64,000 nt of DNA from assembly GCA_016714365.1 (NCBI GenBank), contig JADJNH010000007.1, forward strand, positions 531,109-595,108. Reading direction: 5' to 3'. This DNA comes from Candidatus Vicinibacter affinis (GTDB taxonomy: Bacteria > Bacteroidota > Bacteroidia > Chitinophagales > Saprospiraceae). The first letter of the stretch is position 1, and each line of letters opens with the position of its first letter. Both the position numbers and the translations under genes were made by a program. The notes below the pieces were generated by a model that was not told the DNA's origin, did no database searches, and worked only from the letters and a program-made list of their open reading frames with translations. Below, piece by piece: positions 1 to 8,610 of this stretch.

Positions 1-724
1 TTGCAGGAGGTGCAGAAGCAAGCTGACTTACAAAGTCTTGATAAAGTGTGTTGAATCCTGCCCACACTGCAATGTTTTCGACATCATTGTATGTCTGACC
101 TTCCCCGGAGCCTCCTACAACACCCGATGTCACAGGAAAGACATTATATAGGCAACCTGTATTCTCATTTGTAGCTTGAAGACCACGGAATTGACCATAA
201 TATAAGAAAGGTTCATCAGGTTCAGATGCTGGTTTAAAGTGATAATGTGTAATCTGATTGGATTGGTTAATTTCCATTATTGGCTGCGAAGCATACGGAA
301 TTGGTAAATTTCCAGATGATAATAATTCAGTACCCCAAGCTGATTTAATACTTGTTGCCTTGCCATTGACTGCCTGACCAGTTGATTCAAAACGGTTGCA
401 GGTAGCATCGGTAAGGCTTTGGTTTCTTGTCAGTTCCATATTGCTTTCGAAGAAATTATTTTCAGAAAACTTGTGGGTGATAGCAGGATTGTCAATATAA
501 ACTAATTTTCTAAAATTGTTTCCGTACCAGTAACCATTGCATTTACCCGACGCATCTACTCTTCCTCCTATCCAGTTCTTTTTGGCGGTAACATTTCCTC
601 CCCTGTTTCTGATACTAATATGGTTGTTGTTTGTGCCATCTAGAAATCTGCTGTTTTCTATGGTCAGCCCTTGCAGTCCTGCTAATCCACCGCTCATTTC
701 CTTATCAACACCAAAGACAAAACC
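1..724 (-). CDS. Partial ORF that runs off the window start. It encodes beta-helix-like repeats in the same frame as the upstream M43 ORF, separated from it only by TAG 725-727.
   Basis: Hand translation of the minus strand from 724 to 2 gives 241 codons with no stop (GFVFGVDKEMSGGLAGLQGLTIENSRFLDGTNNNHISIRNRGGNVTAKKNWIGG...YNDVENIAVWAGFNTLYQDFVSQLASAPPA). It is absent from the ORF track because no stop or edge lies inside the window. The first ATG is at 695-697. Confidence 0.55.
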
Positions 725-2281
725 CTAAATAGTGGTGGTGCTTTTGATTGACACACGATTGTTGAATGCTTTTATTCCAGTCACTAACTTAGAAGACAAA
801 TTAGTCAATGTAGAACCAGTAATATTTAGATTGCACCCATTGGCTTTAATCAAGTTTTCTTCAGGAGATCCTGATGTGTTGGAAATTGTACTGGATGTAA
901 TATTAATTGTTCCGCCATATACAAGCCCGCCAAGTCCACCAGCATTAATGGCAGTACGGTTAAGACGCATAATACTATTGCTAATAGTAATGCCGAGATG
1001 TCCCTTTTCTGCCTGAATTCCCTTATTGCTGTGTTCGATAATAGAACTTTCAGTTGCACTGAATGATCCACCAGAAGGAGAAGGAGGGCCTCCTGGGAAG
1101 GTAACTCCACTTCCTCCCTTAATAAATATACCCTCCCAGTTTCCAACAAGTATAGGACAATCCGCAACTTTAGTATCTGAAGTTAGAATAGAATTTATTA
1201 AAGTTAAGCTTGCATTGGATGGTATAATAATTTTTTGATTTAAACATAGCTTTCTGGTTACATTGGTCCAAATCTCTTGTCCTTGCACAGTATAATCTAA
1301 ACAATTGTTGAAGCTTGAGCTACTGGAAGGGCAACCTTCAGCTAACATGATTTGTGGATTATTTTCTATATTAAAATGCATAAGATTAATTTGTTCTGGA
1401 ACAAATTCACTATAACACCCATAACTCATTTTATTTTTTACTGGAATCTTCCATGAAGAAATCACATCACCACATGGATCAACTCTAGAAGGAAGAAGTG
1501 AAGCATTTTGCTTACAATTAGGTATATCTCTACTTGCGTCATATTCACCAGTTGTAAAATAATTTCTAGGATCTGCTTCAGTTCCGCATAATCGATCTGC
1601 GGTATTTTCACAAGATTTAACCATCACTCCATTTCCATTTTTATCAATTTGGGCATTTCTGTCTTTGCATTCATAAAAAGATGCTGGTAGTCCTCCATCA
1701 GCAAAAGTATGTAATAGGCCGAGATAGTGACCAGTTTCATGCCCTAATTCGTCTAAACCAGATCTATTCAAGTGTGCATAATTTCCAAAACCTGCTGAAT
1801 TTGGAATTATTTCTTTTTGAAAGACAAATAAGTTAAAGTAGTTTTCTTCCCAACCATAGTCAGCTGGCTTGGGATTTGTCTGCACTAAGTCAACAACTAA
1901 TTGTCCTATTGTTTGAGGCTTTGTGGATAAAGAACCAGTATGCACACACTGGTCAGTATAGAAAGTGATACCTGTACCAATAAACTCCAAGTTTAGTTGA
2001 TCCAATAATCTTTTAAAAAAAGCATCTGGCACTACTTCATTTGGATCATTGGTATTGTTTAAAAAATGTAGCTTTATTTTTATACATTTATTACCTGATA
2101 AAACAAAACCTGAAGGTGCATTGTAAATCCATGGATCAGCTGGACTGAATGTACATTCCGTAGATTGGCTAAACGAACTACTTAGACCAAAACACATAAA
2201 GAAAATTATATATTTGTATGAATGTAATTTCGTCCTTAAGCAATTATTCCTAAGGTTTTTTGATAATGATTCTTTGAACAT
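725..2281 (-). CDS. Secreted zinc metallopeptidase with an M43 (pappalysin/cytophagalysin)-like catalytic domain followed by beta-helix-like repeats
   Basis: 518-aa ORF with a hydrophobic N-terminus (YIIFFMCFGLSSSFSQS). It carries the extended zinc motif HETGHYLGLLHTF (HExxHxxGxxH followed by TF, as in M43). The C-terminal part is Asn/Ile/Gly/Ser-rich and periodic (INITSSTISNTSG, LNITGSTLTNLSS). Confidence 0.7.
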   Translation of the reverse strand: MFKESLSKNLRNNCLRTKLHSYKYIIFFMCFGLSSSFSQSTECTFSPADPWIYNAPSGFVLSGNKCIKIKLHFLNNTNDPNEVVPDAFFKRLLDQLNLEFIGTGITFYTDQCVHTGSLSTKPQTIGQLVVDLVQTNPKPADYGWEENYFNLFVFQKEIIPNSAGFGNYAHLNRSGLDELGHETGHYLGLLHTFADGGLPASFYECKDRNAQIDKNGNGVMVKSCENTADRLCGTEADPRNYFTTGEYDASRDIPNCKQNASLLPSRVDPCGDVISSWKIPVKNKMSYGCYSEFVPEQINLMHFNIENNPQIMLAEGCPSSSSSFNNCLDYTVQGQEIWTNVTRKLCLNQKIIIPSNASLTLINSILTSDTKVADCPILVGNWEGIFIKGGSGVTFPGGPPSPSGGSFSATESSIIEHSNKGIQAEKGHLGITISNSIMRLNRTAINAGGLGGLVYGGTINITSSTISNTSGSPEENLIKANGCNLNITGSTLTNLSSKLVTGIKAFNNRVSIKSTTTI

Positions 2282-2375
2282 AACTTTTGTTTTTAATTGT
2301 TATAAAATAAATTAAAAACAATCAATATTCAAAGCAAAAAGCTTTACTTTTGCGGCCTTATTTTCCGATAAGAGG

Positions 2376-2417
2376 GCCTTCGTTACCCATTTCGATGGGT
2401 GGTCGTGGGCTTTTTTT
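2376..2417 (+). terminator. Intrinsic-terminator-like hairpin plus T7 tract with no plus-strand gene upstream
   Basis: gccttcgttaccca-tttcga-tgggtggtcgtgggc forms a long GC-rich imperfect stem (2376-2410), followed by ttttttt (2411-2417). Confidence 0.45.
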
Positions 2418-2478
2418 ATTGTCTCTTGACTGTTTATATCATTAACTTAACGTTTTCATAACTATTTTAGTTCTTTGA

Positions 2479-2661
2479 ATTGGAATTATCTATTATCTTG
2501 GCGAAGGTAAAAACCACCAATTTTTAGTGAAGCTTAATGAAAAACATCATTGGTTTAAGGAAATCCAAGCTCTTCCTCATCCGCGATTCATCATGCAGTA
2601 TAAAAGAAAGTATAAGTTGGCCTATATCCAAAAGTACCTGGACATGCTCCATGATTATTAA
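2479..2661 (+). pseudogene. 5'-truncated remnant of a uracil-DNA-glycosylase-superfamily (DUF4918-like) gene
   Basis: A 60-codon open frame directly follows a TGA and has no ATG at its start: IGIIYYLGEGKNHQFLVKLNEKHHWFKEIQALPHPRFIMQYKRKYKLAYIQKYLDMLHDY*. As I recall, the HPRFIMQY block and the surrounding residues match the C-terminus of DUF4918/UDG-like proteins. Only about 200 bp lie between it and the divergent upstream gene, which is too short for a full-length copy. Confidence 0.4.
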
Positions 2662-2704
2662 CGATGCGTTGACTAAAAGTTAATCTCATTTAACAAGCCT
2701 TAAA

Positions 2705-2723
2705 CTAGGGATCCCTAGTTTTG
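2705..2723 (+). promoter_or_regulatory. Candidate Bacteroidetes -7 box (TAGTTTTG, 2716-2723) overlapped by a perfect 14-bp palindrome ctagggatccctag (2705-2718)
   Basis: The sequence matches TAnnTTTG and ends 22 nt upstream of the ATG at 2746. The palindrome was read directly from the sequence. Confidence 0.35.
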
Positions 2724-2745
2724 CAGAAATTTTAAAAAATACAAA

Positions 2746-3273
2746 ATGAAAAAATTATCAATTCTATTCGTTTCTTTTCTTGTGGTGGTTGCATGTAAAA
2801 ATGTAGACCAATTCAGAGCACCAATCGAGGCCCTTACTGCTGAGTGGTCTAAAGCAGGTACTGCCGTAACAGATGCAGGTACTCAAGTAGGCGCTGTAGT
2901 TTCTTCACTTACTGCACTTCAGGACAGCATGATGATTGATCCTGCTCTTAAACTAAAACCAGCTACTGTAACAACACTTGATAGCTTGAAAAATACTTTT
3001 ATGGCTCAAGTTCAAGGTCTGGGTAATTTAAGTACAGAAATTACTGGATTTTCTGAAAAATGGGCTACTATGACTGCTGAAGTAGATGCTTTAAGCACTG
3101 GTCTTAAAGAAGGCAAATTAGAAGGAGATGTAATGGCAAAAATCAATGAATTGAAAACATCTGCTGCTTCTGCTACCAGCATGATTGACACTTGGAATTC
3201 AAGCACCATGAGTGCAAAAGAAGCTGCTATGAAAGCATACGATTCTTTTAAGCAAACATTGATGGCGAAGTAA
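2746..3273 (+). CDS. Small lipoprotein of unknown function, Ala/Thr/Ser-rich and predicted helical
   Basis: 175 aa. It has a lipoprotein signal MKKLSILFVSFLVVVAC with the Cys at position 17, and is followed by a strong terminator. Confidence 0.65.
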   Translation: MKKLSILFVSFLVVVACKNVDQFRAPIEALTAEWSKAGTAVTDAGTQVGAVVSSLTALQDSMMIDPALKLKPATVTTLDSLKNTFMAQVQGLGNLSTEITGFSEKWATMTAEVDALSTGLKEGKLEGDVMAKINELKTSAASATSMIDTWNSSTMSAKEAAMKAYDSFKQTLMAK

Positions 3274-3297
3274 TCTTCACCATAGGTGAAAAAATAT

Positions 3298-3326
3298 AAG
3301 GGGCGCTAAATCGCCCCTTTTTTTTT
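3298..3326 (+). terminator. Rho-independent terminator
   Basis: The hairpin aaggggcg-ctaaat-cgcccctt is followed by a T9 run, 25 nt after the stop at 3273. Confidence 0.8.
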
Positions 3327-3347
3327 GCCCCTATCGAGCAAAGTTCA

Positions 3348-3524
3348 ATCCCAAAATTGTCATTAGAATTCTATTACTAGCCAAAATAGCTTTAAATGCA
3401 AGCCTCTTCTCGAAATTCGTGCTCTATGAAATATAACTTCACCTCCGCGCGAATTTCTTTCGAGGAGTCTTGCCTTTGTTGCTCTTTTGACTCTCACTAC
3501 GAACTCTAATGACAATTTTGGGAT
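3348..3524. repeat. 177-bp palindromic (MITE-like) element with 24-bp terminal inverted repeats
   Basis: atcccaaaattgtcattagaattc (3348-3371) matches the reverse complement of gaactctaatgacaattttgggat (3501-3524) at 23 of 24 positions. Inner arms also pair partially (ctcttctcgaaattcg / cgaatttctttcgaggag). Confidence 0.6.
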
Positions 3525-3633
3525 TATTTCAGCTTACCATAAAGACGGTTTGGTTGCAAGGAGTATCGTGGTGAATTAATAAAAGCCCTCTATATTTGCA
3601 ACAATCCTAAACGGGAATTAATATTTTAGATTC

Positions 3634-4422
3634 ATGCAGGAAAGACATATAGACCGAAAACTCTACTTCAACGAACAATCAATCACCACTGAGAAATATG
3701 TAATCCCCTACATTCGGGAAATCCGAAACATTGATACAAACTCGGTAATTCTTGAAGTTGGTTGTGGGGAAGGAGGAAACCTGGAACCATTTTTAAAAAT
3801 GGGTTGCAAAGTTTATGGAATTGATATTTTAGATCACCAAATTCAAATTGCCCGGAGAATTTTTGAAGATCATCCAATGAATCATAATTTGAATTTAATC
3901 GCAGAAGACATATACAAGATCAAACCAGAAGCGCTTCCCTCTTTTGATGTTATTTTTCTAAGAGATGTTATTGAGCACATCCCAGATCAACAAAAGTTCA
4001 TGCATTTTATTAAATCATTTTTAAAAGCAGACGGAGTCATATTTTTTGGATTCCCACCATGGAGAATGCCATTTGGCGGGCATCAACAAGTATGTCAACA
4101 TAAATTGCTCTCCAAACTTCCTTATTTTCATCTGCTCCCACAATTCTTATACTCAGGTGTTTTGAAATTATTCGGAGAAAGCCAGGCGCTCATTGATGGC
4201 TTGGCAGAAGTGAAAGAAACAGGAATCAGTATTCAGGAATTCTTTCGATATCTAAAAAAATCGGGTTTTGAAATTGTGCGCGAAAATCATTTTCTGATTA
4301 ACCCGAATTATGAGATTAAATTTAATTTAAAACCTCGATTGCTACCGCCAATATTTAAAATTCCCTGGCTGTGTGATTTTTATACAACCGCCATCTATTG
4401 TGTGGCGAAAAAGAAACTTTAG
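3634..4422 (+). CDS. Class I SAM-dependent methyltransferase
   Basis: 262 aa. Motif I is VLEVGCGEGGNLEPF, followed by an acidic loop (YGIDILD) and a post-II region DVIFLRDVIEHI. Confidence 0.75.
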   Translation: MQERHIDRKLYFNEQSITTEKYVIPYIREIRNIDTNSVILEVGCGEGGNLEPFLKMGCKVYGIDILDHQIQIARRIFEDHPMNHNLNLIAEDIYKIKPEALPSFDVIFLRDVIEHIPDQQKFMHFIKSFLKADGVIFFGFPPWRMPFGGHQQVCQHKLLSKLPYFHLLPQFLYSGVLKLFGESQALIDGLAEVKETGISIQEFFRYLKKSGFEIVRENHFLINPNYEIKFNLKPRLLPPIFKIPWLCDFYTTAIYCVAKKKL

Positions 4423-4427
4423 TCAAT

Positions 4428-5207
4428 TTAAAGATGGATCCCGAGCATTCCAAATACCCCAAATAAATGCAGTAAGGTAAATATCATAATGGCGATTAAA
4501 AAATAATAAGCCACCTTGTCTGCATTTGGAATTTTACTTACCGTGTGCGCGGTTATCCAACCACCTGCCCCCTGACCCAAAGCAATGGTTCCTCCCACCT
4601 TCCAATCTACATATCCCATGAAATGAAAAATTCCTATTACAATAATTGTATACGAGGTGACCATCAGGACTTTTACAGCATTGGCTTCGATGATTGGAAG
4701 TTTTGCGATGTAAACCATTACTGCAAGAAAAAAAATGCCCATACCCATCTGAATAAAACCACCATAAAATCCCAGTGCCAGAAAAACAGGAATATAAATC
4801 CATGGTTTTAGACCTGATGAAAACATCACACGGGTGGTCCACTTTTTAGATTGAATAATCATCAGAACCAGCAAGGCGAGTACAAGATATTTATAAACCA
4901 ATTTAAATCCGTCGGGGCTTATACGTATGGCAACTACAGCGCCCACAATGGCTCCAATAATACCAATGACCAAATAATGCCAGGTTTCTTTTAATGGAAT
5001 TTTTTTATTCCTTTGAAATGCCTCCAAACTAGCCAATCCTTGAACAAATATTCCAATCCTGTTGGTGCCATTGGCCAGATTTCCAGGCATGCCCATGATT
5101 TCAGTCAAAAAACCTAAAGTGAGCACAGACCCGTTACCGGCAAGCGTATTGATGCATCCTGCAAAAAAACCACCCGTAATAGCCAGGAAAATTTCATAAG
5201 CTGTCAT
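4428..5207 (-). CDS. TauE/SafE (DUF81) family sulfite/anion exporter-like membrane protein
   Basis: 259 aa, polytopic. The N-terminus ITGGFFAGCINTLAGNGSVLTLGFL is typical of TauE/SafE. The start overlaps the stop of the upstream gene by 14 nt. Confidence 0.75.
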   Translation of the reverse strand: MTAYEIFLAITGGFFAGCINTLAGNGSVLTLGFLTEIMGMPGNLANGTNRIGIFVQGLASLEAFQRNKKIPLKETWHYLVIGIIGAIVGAVVAIRISPDGFKLVYKYLVLALLVLMIIQSKKWTTRVMFSSGLKPWIYIPVFLALGFYGGFIQMGMGIFFLAVMVYIAKLPIIEANAVKVLMVTSYTIIVIGIFHFMGYVDWKVGGTIALGQGAGGWITAHTVSKIPNADKVAYYFLIAIMIFTLLHLFGVFGMLGIHL

Positions 5208-5625
5208 TCTCTTCTTTAATTTCCTGACACAATTCTACCAACACCCCTTGAGTTGATTTAGGGTGTATAAAACAAATGAGTTTATGGTCTGCTCCTTTTT
5301 TTGGTTGTTCATTTAATAGGGTAAAGCCTTCTGCTTTTAATCTGGCCATTTCTAACTGAATATCCTCGACTTCAAAGGCGACATGATGTATCCCTTCTCC
5401 TCTTTTTTCAATAAATTTAGTGATGGGAGAATCTTCATCCAGTCCTTGTAATAATTCAATTTTACTCTCTCCAACTTTAAAAAAAGAGGTGAGTACTTTT
5501 TCTGATTCAACCAATTCCTCTTTATATGGAATTACTCCGAGCAGTCTGGCGTATAAGTCATTTGCCTGTGACATATTTTTAACTGCTATACCCAAATGCT
5601 CTATTTTTTTTAATCGGGAGATCAT
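5194..5625 (-). CDS. mce: Methylmalonyl-CoA epimerase (VOC/glyoxalase fold)
   Basis: 143 aa with IEHLGIAV...SKIELLQGLDEDSPITKFIEKRGEGIHHVAFEVEDI...HPKSTQGVLVELCQ, the characteristic epimerase blocks. Confidence 0.8.
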   Translation of the reverse strand: MISRLKKIEHLGIAVKNMSQANDLYARLLGVIPYKEELVESEKVLTSFFKVGESKIELLQGLDEDSPITKFIEKRGEGIHHVAFEVEDIQLEMARLKAEGFTLLNEQPKKGADHKLICFIHPKSTQGVLVELCQEIKEENDSL

Positions 5626-5649
5626 ACGTTGATTTAAGTGAAGATTGAT

Positions 5650-6390
5650 TTATCCGAAAAGCTCGTATTTAATTTGTGTGCGGTCAACCTTTAATTCATT
5701 TAAAAGGTGCAACACAGTTTCATCAATAATTTCTGTCCATCCACAAATCATGAATAAATTATCCTTAGGGGACTTATACTTTTCATTCAAATAAACAGGG
5801 TGAACATAACCATTGAAAAATGTTAAGTTATCTGTATTTGTCGGGAGTTTTGTCTCGCGGGAGAGACAGATACTTGCCCTAAAATTTTCAAGGTATTTGC
5901 ACCAATCTATAATTTCTTCATAATACAAGATATCCTTTTCCTTCCGTACTCCAAAGATCAAGTGGATGCTTTTGTATTTCAATTTATTTCTCTCTACATC
6001 CTGTATCATCGATCTAAAAGGAACAACCCCTGCACCCGTACAAATCAGAATCAACGAATGATTGTTATCCTTTGGCAATACAAAACCACCGTCGGGGCCT
6101 TTAAATTTCAGCACATCTCCCTTATTGATGTCTTCAAAAAAATACTTGCTGGCCAAGCCGTTTTTTTTATATGAAATGCACAACTCAAACATGTTGCTGC
6201 CATCACATGCATTGGCAATTGAATAACTTCTCCAACGTTCTGCTCTTTTTTGACCCAATGGTAAATCAAATGTAAAAAACTGGCCTGCATCGTACTGCAA
6301 TACTTGTTCTGATTTTATTTTAAACCAAAACCTACGGGTAGTGGAGGATTCCATTTTCTGACCAATAAACTCAGCTTCATGCCAAAGCAT
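5650..6390 (-). CDS. FNR-family FAD/NAD(P)-binding oxidoreductase
   Basis: 246 aa. It has the FAD motif RSYSIAN and the NAD(P) motif LICTGAGVVPFRSM. No Fe-S cysteine cluster is visible. Confidence 0.7.
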   Translation of the reverse strand: MLWHEAEFIGQKMESSTTRRFWFKIKSEQVLQYDAGQFFTFDLPLGQKRAERWRSYSIANACDGSNMFELCISYKKNGLASKYFFEDINKGDVLKFKGPDGGFVLPKDNNHSLILICTGAGVVPFRSMIQDVERNKLKYKSIHLIFGVRKEKDILYYEEIIDWCKYLENFRASICLSRETKLPTNTDNLTFFNGYVHPVYLNEKYKSPKDNLFMICGWTEIIDETVLHLLNELKVDRTQIKYELFG

Positions 6391-6433
6391 AGTAGTGGGG
6401 GCATTATGTTAATTAATAAAGATAAAGCAATTC

Positions 6434-7297
6434 TTAGTCCACCAGATCCTTAAACGGGATAAGCTTTGAAAACCCTTTGCCGGCAAAATAATCTTCAGTT
6501 TCCTTTTGAGATTTTTCACTGGAAACCAAGACCATGTCTCCTCCCCATGCACCAAGGCTTTTTACAGCACCCCAATAGTCACTGAACAACCGATCTTTCA
6601 CTTTAGTTTCCCCAAGGTAGTCCGCCATCATTTTCTCATGTTCATTGACCCAATTTTCAAAACCAGAGAGAGATTTGAGATCCAACAACTTCTCCGTCAT
6701 GTCACTGGCTTTTTTAATAAGGCTCTTATCAGGATTTTTGGTACGAGCTATTTTGACCGCCTCGCGAGAATTGACTTTGGTTTGAAGTGGCAAGAAATAA
6801 AGTTGCGAAGAATAGATTGGATGAAAGTCCACTTCTTCCAGATCAATACTTCCATCTCCAAGGGTATAAAGAATGGGGCCTTCCGCATTTGCACATGCTA
6901 CATCGTAACCAGAACCATTCTCAACATCAAAATAAAGATGATAAGGGTTGACATCTGCCCAGGATGCCATATTATTAATTAAAGTAGAAGAAGATCCCAG
7001 ACCCCAGTTTAAAGGGAAGTCCAGATAGTGATCCACTTTGTATTTTTTCCAGTGTGAAAGAAATTCAGAATTGTTGTTGCAACAAGCTTTAAAAATTTTT
7101 CTAAGGTATTTTGCCGCTGCTTCGTCGGTGGATTTAACCACATCGAGGCCCATAAGGTCAATCTCCGCTTCAAACCATTTCTTCCCCTGATTGTCATATG
7201 AGTTCCATAACACCTCTGAACCCGACAATTCCTGAACCTTCATCCGCTGTCCTAATTTCGTAGGCAGGGCCAGGCAAGTTGCGCCATGTAAAACCAA
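6434..7297 (-). CDS. GHMP kinase, GYDIA-type (mevalonate-pathway-like kinase). The true start is probably upstream of the annotated TTG.
   Basis: It has the GHMP motif NWGLGSSSTLINNM and GSGYDVACA (a GYDIA-like block). The frame stays open for 21 more codons upstream (7298-7360: NFIYIKAEYFSKGKVLLSAEY), and that stretch looks like the conserved GHMP N-terminal strand. Confidence 0.7.
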   Translation of the reverse strand: MVLHGATCLALPTKLGQRMKVQELSGSEVLWNSYDNQGKKWFEAEIDLMGLDVVKSTDEAAAKYLRKIFKACCNNNSEFLSHWKKYKVDHYLDFPLNWGLGSSSTLINNMASWADVNPYHLYFDVENGSGYDVACANAEGPILYTLGDGSIDLEEVDFHPIYSSQLYFLPLQTKVNSREAVKIARTKNPDKSLIKKASDMTEKLLDLKSLSGFENWVNEHEKMMADYLGETKVKDRLFSDYWGAVKSLGAWGGDMVLVSSEKSQKETEDYFAGKGFSKLIPFKDLVD

Positions 7298-7578
7298 GTA
7301 TTCTGCACTCAGTAATACTTTACCCTTGGAAAAATATTCAGCTTTAATATATATAAAATTTTAAAATCGTTGCGAAGATACATTGTAAAATTAAATATGT
7401 CAACTAAAGGAACTTTTTTCGTGTAATCTTTTATGATCCAAATACAAAAGAATCTTTAATCTTAAAATTTCAATTGATCTAAATTTGATTGCAGTCCACA
7501 TTTCAATTCTCAAAGCATGGCTCCTATTAAGAATAGAAGATCATTCGGTATGATATGAAGGACAAATACCGGACTGTA

Positions 7579-8553
7579 CTATTTGTCTCTTTCCGTTACA
7601 AAATAACAGATTTTTTCAAGTGATGCGCGTGCATCATTATCCGGTAAAGTCTTCAAAGAAATCAAGGCCTTATCGCGAAATTCAATCATACTTTTGGTAG
7701 CTTCCACAACCCCATTATGATCAAGAATAAAACGAATGGCTGCTTGAATTACCTTTGGGTCTTCTGAATTGGCACGGATCTGATTAATCAATTGCCTGGA
7801 TTTTGGCTGCGGTGCATTTTTCAATGCAACTATTAAAGGCAATGTCATTTTCTTTTCTTTAATGTCATTGATCCTTGGCTTACCTACACTCTCTTCAGAC
7901 AAATCCATCAGATCATCTTTGATTTGAAAAGCCATTCCCAAATCGGAGCCAAACTGGTGCATCAATTTAAGCATTTCAGGATTCTGATTGGTACTCAACA
8001 CTCCACAACTGACTGAAGCAGCGATCAGGGAGGCTGTCTTTTGCCGGATGATCCGGTAATAAATTTCTTCGTTGATGTCTAGCCGCCGGGCTTTTTCCAA
8101 CTGCAACAACTCGCCTTCACTCATATCTGTGACTGCCTGCGACAAAATTTTTAACATCGAAAACTGATCTCTTTCCAATGCAACCAACAATCCGCGTGAC
8201 AACAGATAGTCACCAACAAGTACCGCAATTTTATTTTTCCATAAGGCGTTGATCGAGAAAAAACCTCTTCTTTGCTCAGAATCATCAACGACGTCATCAT
8301 GGACTAAAGTGGCCGTATGCAACAGCTCCACCATGGTTGCAGCAGAAAAAGAATGCTCATTAATGGGACCAAATACTTTGGCAGAAAGCAAACTAATCAG
8401 TGGCCTGAATTGCTTACCTTTTGTTTTAACTATGTAGTAGCTAATTTTATCCAGAAGGGGAACTTTACTTGCAATCGCTTTCTTAAAATGAGTACCGAAT
8501 TGGCTGAGTTCCTCTTTAATTGGCAACTTAATTTCGTCGAGACTAACTTTCAT
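7579..8553 (-). CDS. Polyprenyl diphosphate synthase (trans-isoprenyl diphosphate synthase family)
   Basis: 324 aa. The first Asp-rich motif is LVHDDVVDDSEQRRG and the second is FQIKDDLMD. Confidence 0.88.
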   Translation of the reverse strand: MKVSLDEIKLPIKEELSQFGTHFKKAIASKVPLLDKISYYIVKTKGKQFRPLISLLSAKVFGPINEHSFSAATMVELLHTATLVHDDVVDDSEQRRGFFSINALWKNKIAVLVGDYLLSRGLLVALERDQFSMLKILSQAVTDMSEGELLQLEKARRLDINEEIYYRIIRQKTASLIAASVSCGVLSTNQNPEMLKLMHQFGSDLGMAFQIKDDLMDLSEESVGKPRINDIKEKKMTLPLIVALKNAPQPKSRQLINQIRANSEDPKVIQAAIRFILDHNGVVEATKSMIEFRDKALISLKTLPDNDARASLEKICYFVTERDK

Positions 8554-8610
8554 GATCTTGGGTCCAAAGATAGGGTAATCGGGTGATGATTAAACAATTC
8601 TTCCAATCAT

